IMG/VR virus record: IMGVR_UViG_3300050160_000070
Length of the DNA: 64,000 nt
DNA from: a virus
Direction: 5' to 3' (one strand)
Position 1 is the first letter of the stretch, and every line of letters starts with the position of its first letter. This document shows positions 53,642 to 62,779 of this stretch, piece by piece. The notes below the pieces were generated by a model, which saw only the letters and a list, made by a program, of their open reading frames with translations, was not told the origin of the DNA and did not search any database. The position numbers were made by a program, and so were the translations under genes.

Positions 53642-53898
53642 CCAATACTTGCCACTACTGCAGCGTCTCTACGGTTGCCAGGGAGTTGCGGCCCTATGGC
53701 CCAAACGGCTCAATGGTCTGTTTTGATTGTGCAATGAGCACTGACCAACGAAGACGTGAAACTGAGGCTAACCTTAGGACCCAGTTGAACGTAGCTGGGC
53801 CAGTGATTATGTTGGATGATAGCGGTGTCGGTCCTTATCCAGCTGAGTTTCATCCGGCCATTGCGACTTTGATTGGCTCCAACAAAGACAAGCACTAA
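53638..53898 (+). CDS. small zinc-finger-like protein
   Basis: CHYC..CFDC; GGAGG SD. Confidence 0.7.
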   Translation: MTNTCHYCSVSTVARELRPYGPNGSMVCFDCAMSTDQRRRETEANLRTQLNVAGPVIMLDDSGVGPYPAEFHPAIATLIGSNKDKH

Positions 53899-53929
53899 AC
53901 TAGAATCACGCTGTTACTACATTGCATTA

Positions 53930-54250
53930 TCGGTCTGTGAAATACCAGGCACCTAACGGTACGGGGAGGTTTGCTAACGGCAAATACACCCTTCTCCAAG
54001 CGACTTTGTAGCGCTGCCAGGAGAAAAACGGCTAACGGATAAAGACGTCACAGTCTCCGTTAGCTGAACCCATATTTGTGACTAACCTTGTGAACAAGGC
54101 GGCGGGAACGGGAGACTGCTAGTGACCCGGGTGTACCTAACGTCGTACGATAACTTTGTACCCGGCTTATCCCCGGGTGAGGCCCTTCATCCCCGATGTA
54201 GAACTAATTGCTCTGAGCGGTGAGATACTGTTAAGTAAGGCTCATTGTAG
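53930..54250 (+). ncRNA. candidate structured ncRNA of unknown class
   Basis: About 390-nt gap with no ORF of 60 aa or more in any frame; stacked hairpins (GGCTAACGGA/TCCGTTAGCT, CCTTG-TGAA-CAAGG, CCGGGT-GTAC/GTAC-CCGG); CTAACG recurs four times. Confidence 0.5.
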
Positions 54251-54309
54251 CTGTTGTTTTGGTAAAGGGTGAACCTGTATAGTGGTGGCTAATTGGAAGG
54301 GAATCTCAG

Positions 54310-54690
54310 ATGCGAAAAGATGAACTGATTAGGCAATTGCAGCAAATTGAAGGAAATCCTGAAATTGTGTTGTGGAACGGCCACGTTGGTGATTACATGC
54401 ATATTGGCAAGCTGGCGGACGGGGACCTCGTAAAGACGACTGTTGCTCATTACCTCGAGATGTGCCAAGTGCAAGATCAGGTGGACCGCCAGGATTGGTC
54501 TTACAAAATGCCAGCCGATGAGGCTGAGCAGTTGAAGAAACGCCATAGGAAATTCCCTTGGGAGATCAACTCGTTTGTTTCGCTTGAAGATATTCAAGCA
54601 GGTCGCTATAAAAAGAAGCGCGTCGTTTATATCGAGCCGAAGAAGCGCGGAGAGACGCATTACGACCGACTTGGTTCGGTGGAGTACTAA
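54310..54690 (+). CDS. hypothetical protein
   Basis: 126 aa; promoter-like TTGTTT-18-TATAGT upstream. Confidence 0.75.
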   Translation: MRKDELIRQLQQIEGNPEIVLWNGHVGDYMHIGKLADGDLVKTTVAHYLEMCQVQDQVDRQDWSYKMPADEAEQLKKRHRKFPWEINSFVSLEDIQAGRYKKKRVVYIEPKKRGETHYDRLGSVEY

Positions 54691-54691
54691 A

Positions 54692-55003
54692 ATGATCACT
54701 ATTACTGTGGATAATGTGCGAGGACTAGCAGTGCCGGAAGGGCTGATTGAGGCCACAGTTGAGCACCTCATCACCTGCCTCTGCAACAACATTCCTATCG
54801 CTGCAATCGGTCAGGTTGAGTTGATTGACGGAATCCGCCTTGCCGTCCGTAGGGGTGTACTATCTGATGTCCAGTTCAGTTTCAACGGAACCATTTACCC
54901 GATTGAGTCAACTGGGAAACTCAAGGTTTGGCCAGCTGGCTTCCCTGGGGATGTGATGAATCGTCAATTAATCGGCTTACTGTCAACTCATGAACGCAAA
55001 TGA
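54692..55003 (+). CDS. hypothetical protein
   Basis: GGAG SD. Confidence 0.7.
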   Translation: MITITVDNVRGLAVPEGLIEATVEHLITCLCNNIPIAAIGQVELIDGIRLAVRRGVLSDVQFSFNGTIYPIESTGKLKVWPAGFPGDVMNRQLIGLLSTHERK

Positions 55004-55265
55004 TGTTTATCAGACGGTGAGGGATGTAATTGCTCTCGCTCGAGAGAATAGACTCGACCTACGCAATGACAACCGCGCAATTATACAAACTGAAGAAGAC
55101 ATCGCTCGAGCAGTCACAATTCTTCGCAGTTCGTATGCTTTCAAAGACCGTGTGCCAGGATGGTATCAATTCCGTGACCGTGTAGTCAAGACGTGGCCGA
55201 AAGATGCTCGCAACATGAAGCGAGAGATGCACGGTCTGCTAACAGCAAAACGAGGAGAGTGGTAA
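54990..55265 (+). CDS. hypothetical protein
   Basis: Overlapping packing. Confidence 0.65.
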   Translation: MNANDVYQTVRDVIALARENRLDLRNDNRAIIQTEEDIARAVTILRSSYAFKDRVPGWYQFRDRVVKTWPKDARNMKREMHGLLTAKRGEW

Positions 55266-55609
55266 TGAAATTTAACATCCCGTCGGTTGGATACAAGTTC
55301 CTGGTTAAGCAGGACTGGGCAATTGCCCTGTACGATGAATACCGCAATAGTGTAGCCCACAAGTGGCTTGGTGTTAAACCATTGGTGGGTTCAAACGGCT
55401 ACCGTATTATCAATTCGTCGGTTCCGGTTGTGATTCCGGAAGGCACTCTGCTCAGCGTGGACAGAATTTATATCCGCAAAGGCAAGGATGATTACGATAG
55501 CATCACATTTCGTGTGCTCGGCGTCAAAGGCTACGGAGTGGTACGGTTTTGGGTCAAGCTAGATGAGTTGAACAATCTTGAATATACACCGTGGGAGGAA
55601 CAAGAATGA
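55265..55609 (+). CDS. hypothetical protein
   Basis: GAGGAG SD. Confidence 0.75.
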   Translation: MKFNIPSVGYKFLVKQDWAIALYDEYRNSVAHKWLGVKPLVGSNGYRIINSSVPVVIPEGTLLSVDRIYIRKGKDDYDSITFRVLGVKGYGVVRFWVKLDELNNLEYTPWEEQE

Positions 55610-55773
55610 AGTGGTTTAATACATCAATCATCAGCCTAAATGCATTGGGTTGGGTGGTGTTCACGCCTGTTCCGCTGATTATCGCTGTGGTGATTGGTTT
55701 GATTGCAGCCGGAATTGCTGCAGTGGGACTCGAATTGTACAACAACGCGGTTGAGGCGTACTACAAATGGTGA
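55606..55773 (+). CDS. small membrane protein
   Basis: GGAGG SD; hydrophobic. Confidence 0.65.
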   Translation: MKWFNTSIISLNALGWVVFTPVPLIIAVVIGLIAAGIAAVGLELYNNAVEAYYKW

Positions 55774-55958
55774 AACTTATTTCGGCACTAGGCTCGGTGG
55801 TCACAATTGCCTTTTGGGGTTGGGTGATCTACGCCAGCACAACAGAACCTCCCGTTCAGCAACTACCACAGCGTTGTCACACTATCATTAACATGATTGA
55901 CAACAGTTTGCTGAAGTCGCTGCTGTGCGTCAAAGACGATACGTCCGAAGACAAATAA
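55767..55958 (+). CDS. small membrane protein
   Basis: N-terminal TM. Confidence 0.6.
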   Translation: MVKLISALGSVVTIAFWGWVIYASTTEPPVQQLPQRCHTIINMIDNSLLKSLLCVKDDTSEDK

Positions 55959-55981
55959 CTTAACCACAAGGAAAAAGCAAA

Positions 55982-56533
55982 ATGACACCAATGTTCGAAA
56001 TCGTCGCCGCCGCTGTTGTGCTCTTCGGTGCAGGATATTACGTGAGTAATCGGAGGAGCCGTAAGCGTGAGGCGCTACTAGAGAAGCAACGTCAAGAGGC
56101 TCACTGACGTCGTCAGCAGGAGATTGACGATGAGCAGAGGCGTGCTGCGCGACGCGCAGAGATCGCTCGTCAAATACGGCGTGACTCAACCATCTCAACT
56201 ACAACTGCCCCGGTCGCCCAACGATCAAACCCAGTCAGTCGTAGCTCAAGCGTCTCCAAGTCTCACTCATACGAGCGGCGTTCATCTACAATGAATGACG
56301 GGGATGATACTGCTACTGGTATTGTCTGGGCAGGTAGTAGCATTGCACAGATGAGCGACGACACTCCGTCTCGCAGCAGCTCAGATTGTAGCCACTCTTC
56401 ATACTCGTCGCATTCATCACACGACTCGTCGTACTCATCGTCCTGCGATAGTTCATCATCGTACTCATCGTCATCCGACTATAGGAAAAGGGCCATTTGT
56501 GGCCCTTTTCCTATTGCTGTTGCTGATCTTTAG
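55982..56533 (+). pseudogene. membrane-anchored Ser-rich protein interrupted by in-frame TGA (56105-56107)
   Basis: AAGGA SD; MTPMFEIVAAAVVLFGAGYYV...QEAH*RRQQEIDD...SSSYSSSSDY; the frame also runs through the downstream terminator hairpin. Confidence 0.65.
56481..56514 (+). terminator. 15-bp hairpin terminator
   Basis: ATAGGAAAAGGGCCA-TTTG-TGGCCCTTTTCCTAT. Confidence 0.75.
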
Positions 56534-56584
56534 GGTTATAGCTATAGTGAGCTTCATGTTAAACCTTCACACGGAGTAATCACC

Positions 56585-57058
56585 ATGAAGACCGTTCTGA
56601 CCCTAATCGCCGCTGCCGCTGTTCTCACCGCTTGTGGTCCGTCGCCGCAGCCTGTGTATCAACAGCCGCCACAAGTTGTTTACCAACAACCCGCTCCTGT
56701 TCCGATGCAATATCCGCAGCAAGCTCCGGTTGTGGTTCATGATGGTGTTGGCACCGGTGCAGCTCTGGCGGGCGCGGCCGCTGCAGGTGCTCTCGGCTAC
56801 ATGGCTGGGAAGAACAACACCCAACAGCCCGTTGCCCCGACTGTGATCAAGGAAAAGACCGTGATCATCAAGGAGGTCCCCGCCAAGCAGGTTGCCGCTC
56901 CTGTTGCCGCTCCTGTTGCCGCTCCTGTTGCCGCTCCTGTTGCCAAGCCGACCCCCGCCCCCGCCCCTGTGGTGCAACCCGCCAAGGTCGTCGCTCCGAA
57001 GCCCGTGGCTGCTCCCAAGCCCACCCCTGCTCCGATCTCGCTGAGCAAGAAGAAGTAA
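56585..57058 (+). CDS. Pro/Ala-rich lipoprotein
   Basis: Lipobox LTAC; CGGAG SD. Confidence 0.8.
   Translation: MKTVLTLIAAAAVLTACGPSPQPVYQQPPQVVYQQPAPVPMQYPQQAPVVVHDGVGTGAALAGAAAAGALGYMAGKNNTQQPVAPTVIKEKTVIIKEVPAKQVAAPVAAPVAAPVAAPVAKPTPAPAPVVQPAKVVAPKPVAAPKPTPAPISLSKKK
56891..56944 (+). repeat. coding tandem repeat GTTGCCGCTCCT x4.5 (VAAP)
   Basis: 12-bp in-frame units within the lipoprotein gene. Confidence 0.9.
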
Positions 57059-57060
57059 GC

Positions 57061-57231
57061 ATGCTGTACTGGCCATTAATGGCTGTGCGAGCGGTTGTGA
57101 TAGCGCCGCTCGCTCTACTGCTTGATGCTGTACCTCCGGGCAAACTCCGCACTCAAATTGCCAGAGCGGCAATGTGGGCGTTCACAACGTTGCCAGAGCC
57201 GGCGAATTACAGAAAGAGACCACCGAAATGA
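57061..57231 (+). CDS. 56-aa hydrophobic protein
   Basis: Fills the gap between flanking genes in register. Confidence 0.5.
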   Translation: MLYWPLMAVRAVVIAPLALLLDAVPPGKLRTQIARAAMWAFTTLPEPANYRKRPPK

Positions 57232-57527
57232 ACTTCCAGCGTGAAATCATCAAGCACCTCATGACTCTGGAAACAGAGGAGCAGAGGCAGCAGGCGATTG
57301 CGGAACTATCGCCTGAGCACAGGTTGATGCTCGTTCATCAACTACTCGATGATGTTTCAACCATGATTCAAGCGGTTGTTGAAAATGCTGATCAAATATG
57401 GGAAACTAAGCAGTTCCCCAAGGAAATTATGCCGTACAGCGATCCCTGCCCCAACTGCGGCAAGGAAAAGGTGCTGACGGATAGCGGATATGGACTGCAT
57501 TGTCCAAGCTGCTCCAACTGGAAGTAA
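57228..57527 (+). CDS. hypothetical protein with C-terminal zinc ribbon
   Basis: CPNC..CPSC. Confidence 0.7.
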   Translation: MNFQREIIKHLMTLETEEQRQQAIAELSPEHRLMLVHQLLDDVSTMIQAVVENADQIWETKQFPKEIMPYSDPCPNCGKEKVLTDSGYGLHCPSCSNWK

Positions 57528-57542
57528 CCAAAGGAATAGAAA

Positions 57543-57728
57543 ATGCTTGTTACCATATACCTAGTCATTGCTGCGCTCGCCGGATTGTTTGTTTCTCTGG
57601 TGTTTGGAGACCTAATTCATCGCGACCGCAATCATATGCTCTACAGTGGGGTTGCTGTAGTGGCTTGTTTGTTTTGGCCCATCAGTATTGTTGTGGTCAT
57701 AGCAATTTTCCGAAGGCTCCGGTTCTGA
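57543..57728 (+). CDS. small two-TM protein
   Basis: AAGGA SD; CLFWP motif. Confidence 0.7.
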   Translation: MLVTIYLVIAALAGLFVSLVFGDLIHRDRNHMLYSGVAVVACLFWPISIVVVIAIFRRLRF

Positions 57729-57729
57729 T

Positions 57730-58185
57730 ATGAGCAACTACAAACAAGCTGTGTGCATTGCCCTCCCACTCGGCCTCAGTTGGGAGACTGTGGTTGCTGT
57801 CAGCCGCCGTAATGACCCAACGCGGTGGGGTTTGCCTGGTGGCAAAGTGGATCCTGGTGAAACCCTTGAGCAAGCCATCCGACGTGAGACAAAAGAAGAG
57901 CTGGGCATTGACCTGCCTGACACAGCTCTTGTCCCCATTCATGTGGGATATGATGGTGACTTTGAAGTCACCACTTACATGGTGGAAGATCGCCGATATG
58001 CTGTAAACGCGGCGTCGATTAGTCCCGAGGAGGGACTAACTGTAACAGCCATGACACAGAGTCAGCTATGCAATCCCCACAATACTCCGTGGCCAGAATA
58101 CAACACTGGGGTAATGCACGGCGTTCGTAATCTTCGTTGCCGTCTACCAATCAATGACATCATCACAACAGCCCCCACTGAATAA
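57730..58185 (+). CDS. Nudix hydrolase
   Basis: Nudix box [23 protein letters not shown]. Confidence 0.92.
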   Translation: MSNYKQAVCIALPLGLSWETVVAVSRRNDPTRWGLPGGKVDPGETLEQAIRRETKEELGIDLPDTALVPIHVGYDGDFEVTTYMVEDRRYAVNAASISPEEGLTVTAMTQSQLCNPHNTPWPEYNTGVMHGVRNLRCRLPINDIITTAPTE

Positions 58186-58186
58186 A

Positions 58187-58663
58187 ATGACGCAGTTGTA
58201 TGACATCACACACAGTATTGCAGATAATGATGCTAAAGGCACCAATGGGATTGGCACAATTCATCGCATTACTGTAAAAGGTAATGACGTAGACGAAAAA
58301 TTGGAATACGGCATCGTTGAACTGATCAACAAGTTAGTTGACCCACAACAGTTCATCCAGCAATACGTTGATCACAACAAGGCCATGGCTGTTGAACGAG
58401 CTGCTTTCGACGAAAAGATCAAAGCTGCAGCTAAACATGCTGACTTGGAAGCTCGCAGGCAACACAATGCAATTCCGGCGGAATTTGCCGCTATCATTGA
58501 TCAGATTATTGCCGCCAACGGTAAGGCTGTCGCTGAGTGGAAGTCTGGTAAAGAAAAAGCAATCAACGCGATTGTTGGCCAAGTGATCGGAGCGGGTCGT
58601 AAAAACCAGCTCCACGCTGATCCAATGATAATTCAAGAGGCTGTTATAAAATGCATTGGATGA
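58187..58663 (+). CDS. protein with GatB/YqeY C-terminal (tRNA-binding-type) domain
   Basis: IIDQIIAANGKAVAEWKSGKEKAINAIVGQV..ADP resembles the GatB tail. Confidence 0.7.
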   Translation: MTQLYDITHSIADNDAKGTNGIGTIHRITVKGNDVDEKLEYGIVELINKLVDPQQFIQQYVDHNKAMAVERAAFDEKIKAAAKHADLEARRQHNAIPAEFAAIIDQIIAANGKAVAEWKSGKEKAINAIVGQVIGAGRKNQLHADPMIIQEAVIKCIG

Positions 58664-59463
58664 TTCAAGAAAATTTATTCAAAGAATCGGAGTGGGAGAC
58701 GTTGGTCTCCACCCTTGACCGGTTCGCCATCCCGTACACCGTCGTCAAAGTTGTTCCGTTTGTTGGTGAAATCGTCCCCGAACCACCCGCAGACCTCAAG
58801 AATGTAATCTGCTTTGGCTCATACTCGATGCGGCATGCAGCCAAGAAATACGGCTGGACGCCGGGTGTATATGACCTCGAACCGTTTGACTTCACAAAGC
58901 AACTGGAGCGCTGGGGCGATCGCATGCTAAATGCGGACGCTCAAGTTGTACGCTTTGAAGATGTTGTGTTTGATGACATTGCATTCCTACGGCCAATTCT
59001 GGATAGTAAATCATTCGCGGGTAAAGTGTTTACGTGGGAAGAATTCTCTGATTGGCAACACAAAGTATGTGAGTTGGAGCACGACTACGGCAACAGCTTG
59101 ACCAAAGATACTCTGGTCCAAGTGTGTCATCCAAAAGTGATATACTCGGAGTATCGGTTCTGGATTGTTGATCGGCAAATTGTAACATATAGCCGGTACA
59201 AACGTGGTGATAAGATTTGGTATGACAGCCATGCAGATGAGCACGTCATTCGGTTCGCTCATGAATGTATTCTGAATGGTGATCTTACCCTTGGCGCGCG
59301 GACTGTGACCAAGCAGCCTCATGATGCGTATGTTCTCGATGTATGTGAAACGCCCGATGGCATGAAGATTGTTGAAGTCAACACAATTAACTGTGCTGGA
59401 TTTTATGCTGGAAATATGCCAGCTTTGATCCTAGCTCTTGAAGATATGGAGAACGCTAAATGA
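58651..59463 (+). CDS. ATP-grasp protein (DUF4343/R2K-like)
   Basis: FLRP..SKSFAGKV, EYRFWIV, YVLDVC..KIVEVNTINCAGFY. Confidence 0.75.
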   Translation: MHWMIQENLFKESEWETLVSTLDRFAIPYTVVKVVPFVGEIVPEPPADLKNVICFGSYSMRHAAKKYGWTPGVYDLEPFDFTKQLERWGDRMLNADAQVVRFEDVVFDDIAFLRPILDSKSFAGKVFTWEEFSDWQHKVCELEHDYGNSLTKDTLVQVCHPKVIYSEYRFWIVDRQIVTYSRYKRGDKIWYDSHADEHVIRFAHECILNGDLTLGARTVTKQPHDAYVLDVCETPDGMKIVEVNTINCAGFYAGNMPALILALEDMENAK

Positions 59464-59690
59464 TTGAAGGTATCTTGACGCTCGTTGTGTTTGCGGTACT
59501 TGGTTTTGTGGTTGGGGCTGTTGTCGCATTTACCTACTTCAAATCACGCGTGGAGCGAATGGCAACCAACGCCGCCGTAGCCGCTACCAATCATGTGAAA
59601 AACAAGGTTGTGGATCACGCGAAGAGTAAAGCATACGACGCATTGCGCACTCGATTCAAGAGAGGTAGTGGGTCCAACCCAGCTAAATAA
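59460..59690 (+). CDS. small single-TM protein
   Basis: N-terminal TM. Confidence 0.65.
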   Translation: MIEGILTLVVFAVLGFVVGAVVAFTYFKSRVERMATNAAVAATNHVKNKVVDHAKSKAYDALRTRFKRGSGSNPAK

Positions 59691-59712
59691 GGCACTAACA
59701 AAAAGGATCCTT

Positions 59713-60255
59713 ATGAAGCTCCACATGATATTCGAAATGGCTAAACCAGCCGCGACCTGCCCAAAGTGTGGCCGTGGCCCCATGTCCAAGACTCACTACT
59801 GGTACAAAGGCGCGTGGAAGTGCAAAGCCGCAGGTGATCAACCTACTGAGCCTGTGAGCCAAGCAGCTGCCCCAAAGCCAGCAGCAGTGGCACCTCCGCC
59901 GTCAAACGCCGCAATCTTAGCCGACGTCAAACAAATGCTCCCGCGGCAAAATGAGGATTCGCCACTATATTGGCAAGCGACAGAATGGAATGGTACGATC
60001 ACTGTGAGGTACGAATACACCTTTCGGCGCAGTACCGCTCTAGGTGCGTACATGGACAATCGTCGCATGTTCGATCAAGCTAATGCAACTCTACGCCAAA
60101 TTGCTGCGAAATATCCCGATATTGTGCAATCACAACGGTACGTTGATCGCGATAGTATTAACCGTGATATGGAGCGAGCTGAGTCAAATGGTGACAGTCC
60201 ATACTCCGAGCATGAACAATCAATTGGTGGCAGCGTCACGCTGAAAGCCGCCTAA
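59713..60255 (+). CDS. probable late protein (MKLHMIFE N-terminus)
   Basis: TAAATA at 59684; AAGGA SD. Confidence 0.75.
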   Translation: MKLHMIFEMAKPAATCPKCGRGPMSKTHYWYKGAWKCKAAGDQPTEPVSQAAAPKPAAVAPPPSNAAILADVKQMLPRQNEDSPLYWQATEWNGTITVRYEYTFRRSTALGAYMDNRRMFDQANATLRQIAAKYPDIVQSQRYVDRDSINRDMERAESNGDSPYSEHEQSIGGSVTLKAA

Positions 60256-60276
60256 ATGATTACCAGGTAATTTCTC

Positions 60277-60308
60277 AAAGGGGCGCGGTAGTCGCCCCTT
60301 TTCTTTTT
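60277..60308 (+). terminator. intrinsic terminator
   Basis: AAAGGGGCG-CGGTAGT-CGCCCCTTT plus T-run. Confidence 0.8.
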
Positions 60309-60366
60309 GTGAAGTTTGAGGTTACGAGCTGCGGCAGTATGCTGCTAGCTCGTCGTTGGAGAATAC

Positions 60367-60630
60367 ATGAAAGATAACTTTATTAGGAATAACTTGGAAT
60401 ACTTGTTGGGCGCCCTGTTAATAGCCCTGGCTATTTCAATTGGAGCTGTCGCATATTGGCATGATGAGCAGCTCCAGGAAGATCATCGAAAATTCGTTGA
60501 CGATGTTTCGGGATTGTTGGAAAGTATCCGAACAGCTTCAGAATTTTGTGAAGCTCATAACTCATATTTGGCCATCAGCGCAAACATGGTTGATGGTAAG
60601 TCTCAAGTTGAAGTGGAGTGCAGAAAATGA
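60367..60630 (+). CDS. single-TM protein
   Basis: GGAG SD. Confidence 0.7.
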   Translation: MKDNFIRNNLEYLLGALLIALAISIGAVAYWHDEQLQEDHRKFVDDVSGLLESIRTASEFCEAHNSYLAISANMVDGKSQVEVECRK

Positions 60631-61037
60631 TCGTAGCACCAAAGTCGCCAAGCTTTCAAGATAGGCTGGTTGCTGAGCGAGGCAATGCTGTGCAACGTCA
60701 AGCTTTCATTGACGCGCAGAACCGATTCAAGCGGTGTGGTAAGGCTGCCAGACTGCTTGATGACGCGGACAAACCTGACGACACCGTTACCTACGTTTTT
60801 GTTGTCATGGAAACGCCAACACAACCTGGCCCCGATTGGTATGGTCAAGCTGTAACCGCTCAGCGCCACCATATTCTAGATTGGGACCAACTAATGGATA
60901 ATGTGTGGGCTGATATCAACAGCTACAAGGAGCAAGACCTGAAGCCGGTTGAATATGTGCTGTATCTGTACGATATTAATGAGGATCTTTACACCCCGAG
61001 TTGTGTCTCATACACAGCTGTGTGTCGAGTTAAATAA
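60627..61037 (+). CDS. hypothetical protein
   Basis: ATGA overlap. Confidence 0.7.
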   Translation: MIVAPKSPSFQDRLVAERGNAVQRQAFIDAQNRFKRCGKAARLLDDADKPDDTVTYVFVVMETPTQPGPDWYGQAVTAQRHHILDWDQLMDNVWADINSYKEQDLKPVEYVLYLYDINEDLYTPSCVSYTAVCRVK

Positions 61038-61039
61038 TC

Positions 61040-61480
61040 ATGGGAAACTACACTAACGTGCCAATTCTCGCGGCCACAATGGCCACCTCACTGAATAATC
61101 GTCGAAGTGGTTTTCGGTACGTGAGTCCAAGTCACGATGACTTCAGAAGCTTGTGGATCCTTGCCCTCATTCTGGCAGCATTCTTTTGTGTCATCTTTGC
61201 AGAATCTGTGACCGCAGTAGATACCAAAACTGTCATCAGTGTCAAGGTGGTCTCAGCGGTTCACATCAAACCTTCCAAAAGCAGTCAGCGATACGTGCAA
61301 ATGACGCTGATGGATGCCAAGGGAAACCAGTGGGATAGTTCTGACACTATCAGGGTTGAATCTTGCCCAGCAGTCCGGTATAACGTTGTGAAGCCGGTTT
61401 GGCTTCATGCTCACACAGGATTCCTTGGCACTTCTCACCGCACCAGCGGTATGATCACTTTTTGTGAAGGCTCAAAATGA
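61040..61480 (+). CDS. single-TM protein
   Basis: Hydrophobic segment near residues 38-55. Confidence 0.7.
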   Translation: MGNYTNVPILAATMATSLNNRRSGFRYVSPSHDDFRSLWILALILAAFFCVIFAESVTAVDTKTVISVKVVSAVHIKPSKSSQRYVQMTLMDAKGNQWDSSDTIRVESCPAVRYNVVKPVWLHAHTGFLGTSHRTSGMITFCEGSK

Positions 61481-61677
61481 CTCTGATCTACGCTTTGATT
61501 GGTATTGTCTTGTATGTCTTGGTTGGATATACAATATTTGTTAACATTTCAGCCAAGAGCCGCCACTCAACAGACGTTTGGATGTCGGCTCTCTGGCCAG
61601 TTACTGTATGTGTTTTGATCGCGTTCGTGTTGTGCATTACAACATCTGACGGCGATGACTCATACGAGGATTACTGA
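61477..61677 (+). CDS. small two-TM protein
   Basis: Hydrophobic; ALWP motif. Confidence 0.65.
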   Translation: MTLIYALIGIVLYVLVGYTIFVNISAKSRHSTDVWMSALWPVTVCVLIAFVLCITTSDGDDSYEDY

Positions 61678-61738
61678 CCTGTTGATCCGCTGATCGTTTG
61701 CGGATAAGCTTCACTCAAGCTAATCAACGGAGCTCATC

Positions 61739-62041
61739 ATGTGGTTCACTATCATCGTCATTTTCTTCGCTGCAGTTGGACTGGTTGTTCTAACACGGGT
61801 GCGCCTAATAGGTGCTCTCATTTGGACGGTGGGCTGGTGGTTCGTCATGTTCGGTATCAGCGTATGGGCGATTGGTGATGTCAGCCACCCGTACGTCTTG
61901 TCGGGAATCATCGCTACCATTGTGGCGGGTTTCGTTGGCGGAGATATCACCGGCCGAATGCTGAACCGAGAAGCTGATGGTTGGGCTCAGGTCCAAGAAA
62001 ACAACAAACAGCGTGCTGCTGATCTTGCAAGGAAAATGTAA
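61739..62041 (+). CDS. three-TM membrane protein
   Basis: CGGAG SD. Confidence 0.75.
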   Translation: MWFTIIVIFFAAVGLVVLTRVRLIGALIWTVGWWFVMFGISVWAIGDVSHPYVLSGIIATIVAGFVGGDITGRMLNREADGWAQVQENNKQRAADLARKM

Positions 62042-62346
62042 TGAATCGACTCCCAGCTCAGGGCGATGTGATCAACATCGGTCGTAAAGAACTACTGGTG
62101 ATCCACGCCACTCGCAAGAATGTGGATGCGGATGGATCGGTGTATGTTATCGATACAGTGCCTCATGTTGAGCATCCGTCTGGAACCGGAACTGTGGTGG
62201 CAACTCCCGTGCAGTACTATTTCAGTCCGTATCTGTTCAGCCCCGACGAAAAGTTTGCACCAAACCTAAAGGACGTGCGCCTATCCGGAACGGTGAAGTT
62301 CAAACAGAAAGTCGCCATTGAAGTTACCAAGTTCAAGGAAGCATGA
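62041..62346 (+). CDS. hypothetical protein
   Basis: TAATG overlap. Confidence 0.7.
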   Translation: MNRLPAQGDVINIGRKELLVIHATRKNVDADGSVYVIDTVPHVEHPSGTGTVVATPVQYYFSPYLFSPDEKFAPNLKDVRLSGTVKFKQKVAIEVTKFKEA

Positions 62347-62347
62347 C

Positions 62348-62659
62348 GTGACTAATCAAACAATCAATGACATTGTGTCCAAGTGTGCAAGGGCTACCAA
62401 TAGCCGAATGACACATGACGGTGACCGGATTGATGAGTGGGGTGATACTATCCATCGAATCTGGGTGCATTTTTCAGACATGAACGACAACTACAACCAC
62501 ATCGATAAGTGGTTGAGGCAGAATCTGCAAGGTTATGTGCACACATACAGTGGCACTAATTTCATCCTACTTCGTAGGTCCGTTGAAGAAACTCCTCCAG
62601 ATTTTGCGGATACGGAAATCATGTGGCCTGAGATCGATGACTGGATTGAGTTGCCGTGA
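62348..62659 (+). CDS. hypothetical protein
   Basis: GTG after AAGGA. Confidence 0.65.
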   Translation: MTNQTINDIVSKCARATNSRMTHDGDRIDEWGDTIHRIWVHFSDMNDNYNHIDKWLRQNLQGYVHTYSGTNFILLRRSVEETPPDFADTEIMWPEIDDWIELP

Positions 62660-62779
62660 ATACGGTGGTCAAGATTATAGCACTGTATCCCCTCTTGTTA
62701 CAAAGGCGGTTGCGGGGTTGTATGTTGATTTCGAATAACTACGTCGTATAATATCCGCTTTACGGCTAGGAGTTGAAGT

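Noticed and set aside
53900-54300. RNase P RNA, group I intron or tmRNA
   Set aside because: CCCGGCTTA resembles the RNase P 3' P4 strand but the GAGGAAAGTCC partner is absent; no P7 pairing, no interrupted flanking gene, and no T-arm/CCA.
56891-56944. Tandem 12-bp repeat as a regulatory or phase-variable element
   Set aside because: The unit length is a multiple of three and simply encodes the VAAP linker of a lipoprotein.
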